A program made the position numbers and the translations under genes. DNA of 63,979 bases, filler included, from assembly GCA_964501035.1 (NCBI GenBank). It is 4 parts of 4 records of this genome, joined end to end, with 100 filler letters (N's around TTAATTAATTAA, not from the genome) between each part and the next. Parts side by side here need not be neighbours in the genome. Positions count along the whole stretch, not along the records: positions 41,645 to 61,970 come from CAZCRK010000025.1; positions 62,071 to 63,979 come from CAZCRK010000143.1; 2 more parts are not named here. One strand, given 5' to 3'. The notes beneath the pieces were generated by a model. The model saw only the letters and a list, made by a program, of their open reading frames with translations, ran no database searches and was not told the origin of the DNA. This document shows, piece after piece, positions 60,039 through 63,979 of this stretch (position 1 is the stretch's first letter; each line of letters starts with the position of its first letter).

Positions 60039-61922
60039 TTATCTACATGTTAATATTTTACTGTTTTCTTCTTGTTCTTCAAGTAAGTCAAAGTATTCTT
60101 GTTCAAGTTGGGATTCTGATTCGCTGATGCTTTGCAATAATTCAAAATTTGAAAAATGATTAGGGTCATTTTTTTGATTATGACATTCTTCAATTTCTAA
60201 TTCTATTTGGATTAAACGTTGTTTGATTTTTGTCTGTCTATTAGTTATCTTTTTCTTCTTTTTATAATCTACATTCTTCTTTTTATCAATTATAGTTTCT
60301 GTTTTTTCTGATGCAATGTTTTGTTCTGCTTCTTCAGTCTTCCACTTATAATAGTCATAGTTTCCTAAATACAATTTAATATTCTTATTCTTAACCTCAA
60401 TTGTCTTATTGGTAACTTCATTCATAAAGTGCCTATCATGGGAAATACATACTAAACTTCCTTGATAATTTTTAAGTGCATTTTCAATTACATCTCTTGA
60501 TTGCATATCTAAATGATTCGTTGGTTCGTCTAGTAGTAATAAATGTGCAGGAGTAATTAATAATCTTGCTAATGCTAAGCGAGATTTCTCTCCACCAGAT
60601 AACACCTTTACAAGCTTAGTGATTGAATCTCCGCTAAATAAAAAACTACCTAAATAACTTCTAATTTGTGTTTCCGTCCAACTTCCTGATTCAGAAGCAA
60701 TAATTTCATAGACTGTACTGTCAGCATCTAATATCTCTAATTGATGTTGAGCAAAATAATGAACTAATATATTTGGACCAAAATTTAGATCACCAGCAGT
60801 TTGTTTTTCAACTTGTGCTAACATTTTAAGAAGTGTTGTTTTTCCAGCTCCATTGATTCCTACTAAACCTATCTTATCACCACGCTCTACTAACAAGTTA
60901 ATATTGTTAAAAACAATATTATCACCAAATTGTTTAGCTATACTTTTTAACTCTACAACCTTTAAAGGACCCCTTTCAGGTTGGGGAATGTTAAGTGTCA
61001 TGTTCCCTGTTTTATAAGTTGGAGCTTCAATTACATCCATTTTTTCCAATTGTTTAACACGACTTTGAACTTGCTTTGCTTTTGAACTTTTATAGCGAAA
61101 ACGATCTATAAACTCTTCGGTTTGAGCAATTTTTTTTTGTTGGTTTTTGGCCATTGCTTCTTGTAAAACTATCAATTCTTTCTTATCATTTAAATATTTC
61201 TGATAATTACCTGAATATAGCTTTGCGTTGCCTTGTTCTAACTCTAAAATATTGTTAACTGAAGCATCTAGAAATTGTCTATCATGACTTATCATTACAA
61301 GTCCACCTCTCCATTTTGAGAGAAATTTTTCAAGCCAAATAGTAGCTTCTAAGTCTAAGTGGTTTGTTGGTTCATCTAAAAATAAATAATTTGGATTTTT
61401 CAATAAGATACCAGCCAATTGAACTCTCATTCTCCATCCACCACTGAACGATTGGAAGGGTTGAAAACTTTGCTCTTCTGAAAAACCTAATCCACCTAAA
61501 ATTTTCTTAGCTTTATTTTCTAACTCCCAACCATTTAATCTCTCAAACTCTTCTTGGAGTAAACTTAACTTTTTCAATAATAATTTATCAGATGGGGAAT
61601 CTAGGAGTGCTACAGTTATGTCGTGAATTTTCTTTTCTAACGTCGAAACTTCTGGAAAGGATGATAGTACTTCTTCTAAAATACTTTTCTCTGAACCAAC
61701 AACAATCTCTTGTTGCAAATAACCAATTGAAACTGACTTTCCAATATGAACTGTACCAGAATCCACATTTTCAACGCCAAGCATAATTTTTAATAGTGTG
61801 GTCTTACCTGCACCATTTGGTCCAACTACTCCAACTCTCATTCCATCTGTTAACTTAAAAGTAACGTTTTTGAAAAGTATTTTGTCAGGGTACTCTTTAT
61901 GTATTGATTCTATCTGTATCAT
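60039..61922 (-). CDS. ABC-F family ATPase
   Basis: Two NBDs (GPNGAGKTT, FSGGW, LDEPTNHLD; GINGAGKTT, LSGGE), no TM segments, C-terminal coiled coil. Confidence 0.93.
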   Translation of the reverse strand: MIQIESIHKEYPDKILFKNVTFKLTDGMRVGVVGPNGAGKTTLLKIMLGVENVDSGTVHIGKSVSIGYLQQEIVVGSEKSILEEVLSSFPEVSTLEKKIHDITVALLDSPSDKLLLKKLSLLQEEFERLNGWELENKAKKILGGLGFSEEQSFQPFQSFSGGWRMRVQLAGILLKNPNYLFLDEPTNHLDLEATIWLEKFLSKWRGGLVMISHDRQFLDASVNNILELEQGNAKLYSGNYQKYLNDKKELIVLQEAMAKNQQKKIAQTEEFIDRFRYKSSKAKQVQSRVKQLEKMDVIEAPTYKTGNMTLNIPQPERGPLKVVELKSIAKQFGDNIVFNNINLLVERGDKIGLVGINGAGKTTLLKMLAQVEKQTAGDLNFGPNILVHYFAQHQLEILDADSTVYEIIASESGSWTETQIRSYLGSFLFSGDSITKLVKVLSGGEKSRLALARLLITPAHLLLLDEPTNHLDMQSRDVIENALKNYQGSLVCISHDRHFMNEVTNKTIEVKNKNIKLYLGNYDYYKWKTEEAEQNIASEKTETIIDKKKNVDYKKKKKITNRQTKIKQRLIQIELEIEECHNQKNDPNHFSNFELLQSISESESQLEQEYFDLLEEQEENSKILTCR

Positions 61923-61970
61923 GAATTAAGAGCGAAATTTAAGTTGATTGTTTATGACAAATGAATGATT

Positions 61971-62070
61971 NNNNNNNNNNNNNNNNNNNNNNNNNNNNNN
62001 NNNNNNNNNNNNNNTTAATTAATTAANNNNNNNNNNNNNNNNNNNNNNNNNNNNNNNNNNNNNNNNNNNN
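61971..62070. other. Artificial contig linker
   Basis: 44 N, TTAATTAATTAA, 44 N. Confidence 0.98.
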
Positions 62071-62072
62071 AC

Positions 62073-62198
62073 ACTTATAAAAATGATCAAGATTTGCCAG
62101 ATCAAATGAGAAGAGGGGCAGATGCGTGGGAAAAGGAAATTATGATTAGTGAAGTATTTCAAAGGGAAAAATCCCCATTATTAGAATTTTACACTTGA
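62073..62198 (+). CDS. C-terminal fragment of an unknown gene
   Basis: Open frame from contig edge: TYKNDQDLPDQMRRGADAWEKEIMISEVFQREKSPLLEFYT-stop. Confidence 0.5.
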   Translation, partial: TYKNDQDLPDQMRRGADAWEKEIMISEVFQREKSPLLEFYT

Positions 62199-62223
62199 CA
62201 ATTTGTTGAAAAATTGTTATAAT
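62195..62223 (+). promoter_or_regulatory. Consensus sigma-70 promoter with extended -10
   Basis: TTGACA (62195-62200), 17 nt, TATAAT (62218-62223) preceded by TGn. Confidence 0.85.
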
Positions 62224-62256
62224 TATAATATGAACAATTAAATATGAAAAATTGAT

Positions 62257-63918
62257 ATGAGCATTACCAGATATATTCGTAAAAGGATTATAAAGAAACC
62301 TAGTCAAATTGCGATGCAAGAACTAATTAGGTTGACGAATCAAGATAAAATATACTTTTCAAAACAAACACAACGGCTAAAATGTTGGGATGATATTAAA
62401 AAACATTTATATATGCAATCTGTCATATGTAATATGAATCTTACACCAGTTATTTTAGTACATATTGACGCTTGTATTGAATATTGTAAAAAATATTATA
62501 AAGAAGATGTAAAGTTTTTTGAAAATTTGAAAGAAGAAGGGTATGATTATGTCAGTAGTGATGGACAACAAAGAACTTGGGCAATGGTTGAATTTGTAAA
62601 AGGTGAAATTGTAATGAATGAAGGTTTATTTCATTATATTAGATATTTCCATGATAATCAAATTAGCGATCCACACTTTCCGTATACTGATAAAACTGAA
62701 ACAGAGTTTCTTCCAAATTTTTTAGAAGAAAAAGAAAACACTATATTTGATTTTGACACTAGAGAAATGAAATTTGGAGATTTTTCCAAAGAATTTCAAA
62801 CAGAGATTTTAAATGATTTCGTTCCAATTACGATTGTTTATGGGTGTACTAGAAAAGATATGTCGCAGATTTTTCAGGTAGTGAATATAAGTGAACCAGT
62901 AAATGTTCAAGAATTTAGGAATACATTTTATGTAGATATTGCGCCTGAAGTATGTGTTTTGGGTGAAGAGTATTTGAAATATAATGATTATTTGGGTAAA
63001 CCAGAGGCTGGGGCCAAATCAGATGAATTTATTGTATGGTTATGGGAATGGTATGTGTCCCGAAGAGCTATTTTTGATGATAATATTGATGGTTATAAGG
63101 GTACAAAGTATTTTAGTTATACTAAACCAACTTGGATGTATAAAGATAATTCCAGACATTATAATAAAAGATTAGAATTTGCTAATATATTGAAGAAAAT
63201 ATATCCCTCTATGGATTATCTTTTAGTTAAGAAAATTAATGCAAAAGGGAAAGAATCTTATGATATTAAGAAACCAAAAGGAATAAATTGGAGATGGTTT
63301 TTGACCTTTTTTCAAATAATGACAAGAGTTTTAGAAACTAATAAAGTATTGGGTGGCAAAAAAGACATGGAAACGATTTTTAAAGTTTTTGTTAGACAAG
63401 AACTTGCTCGTAGAATAGATACAAATTTTTGTCACAAATCTAGTAAGGGTTCTAATCTTGTATATTCTGATATGCTTTCAAAATCATCAGATGAATATAT
63501 GAATAAAGTACTTGAAATAGCGGAACGAGATCTATTATTAGATTCAGTTGTGAGTAAACTGATTACTACAAAAACTTCAAAATTACGCAAACCAAAAACA
63601 ATACATGATAGAATTGTAGCTTGGAAAAAACAAGGGGGAAACCCAGGCATAAATGGTGAAGAATATAAACCAGCTATTGATCCATGTGATGACCATGAAA
63701 TATCATGGGAAGATATGCTTAATGGTGAGTTATATGAATTAGATCATTTTATTCCGTTAGAAAAGGGTGGAACAGACGAACCAGAAAATCTTTTTTTGAT
63801 ACATTTTGAACATCATAAAAAGAAAGGAACTAGAATTCTTGATAGTTATAAGGATTTATTGGAAGATACCATTGGATTTGTTGAAGTTCCAAGTATGGTT
63901 TCTCCTATGGCAGCATAG
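62257..63918 (+). CDS. DUF262/ParB-like N-domain plus C-terminal HNH nuclease (GmrSD/SspE-like architecture)
   Basis: DGQQR motif, IFQVVN..PVNVQEFRN; ELDHFIPLEKGGTDEPENL..H..K HNH motif. Confidence 0.72.
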   Translation: MSITRYIRKRIIKKPSQIAMQELIRLTNQDKIYFSKQTQRLKCWDDIKKHLYMQSVICNMNLTPVILVHIDACIEYCKKYYKEDVKFFENLKEEGYDYVSSDGQQRTWAMVEFVKGEIVMNEGLFHYIRYFHDNQISDPHFPYTDKTETEFLPNFLEEKENTIFDFDTREMKFGDFSKEFQTEILNDFVPITIVYGCTRKDMSQIFQVVNISEPVNVQEFRNTFYVDIAPEVCVLGEEYLKYNDYLGKPEAGAKSDEFIVWLWEWYVSRRAIFDDNIDGYKGTKYFSYTKPTWMYKDNSRHYNKRLEFANILKKIYPSMDYLLVKKINAKGKESYDIKKPKGINWRWFLTFFQIMTRVLETNKVLGGKKDMETIFKVFVRQELARRIDTNFCHKSSKGSNLVYSDMLSKSSDEYMNKVLEIAERDLLLDSVVSKLITTKTSKLRKPKTIHDRIVAWKKQGGNPGINGEEYKPAIDPCDDHEISWEDMLNGELYELDHFIPLEKGGTDEPENLFLIHFEHHKKKGTRILDSYKDLLEDTIGFVEVPSMVSPMAA

Positions 63919-63925
63919 TAAATGG

Positions 63926-63933
63926 TATAAATA
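63926..63933 (+). promoter_or_regulatory. T4-type late promoter motif
   Basis: TATAAATA ending 3 nt before an ATG. Confidence 0.4.
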
Positions 63934-63936
63934 ACA

Positions 63937-63979
63937 ATGAAAACAAAATACAAATTATTAGTGGAAGATGCAGGAAGTT
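63937..63979 (+). CDS. Start of hypothetical protein, runs off window
   Basis: MKTKYKLLVEDAGS. Confidence 0.45.
   Translation, partial: MKTKYKLLVEDAGS

Overview
AT-rich bacterial sequence made of four separate contigs (1-20766, 20867-41544, 41645-61970, 62071-63979) joined by artificial 100-nt N/TTAATTAATTAA/N linkers, so genes either side of a linker are not neighbours. Contigs 1-3 look like a diderm FCB-group organism, most like Marinimicrobia (inferred from the Cys-rich DCAGVxGG-repeat lipoprotein, cohesin-like domain and gene content). They carry housekeeping genes (comM, rnz, rsmE, tadA, greA, groES/EL, alr, polA, recA, cinA, recR, dnaX, ileS), a long Alu-type SRP RNA, and low-oxygen metabolism (split PFOR, PPi-PFK, class II FBA, tyrosine phenol-lyase, a riboswitch-controlled Moco operon). 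Most notable signals missed by the ORF track: (1) two adjacent small genes with in-frame TGA codons each followed by a SECIS-like GGT hairpin, i.e. candidate tandem selenoproteins; (2) the 3' part of a diversity-generating retroelement template repeat plus structured spacer at the end of contig 2; (3) an Lrp-led amino-acid operon ending in a GAPDH pair in which one copy lacks the catalytic Cys; (4) Cys-rich leader-like ORFs ahead of two metal-handling loci; (5) a last contig that looks phage-derived and encodes a DUF262-like/HNH protein. All calls come from reading the sequence; no searches were run.
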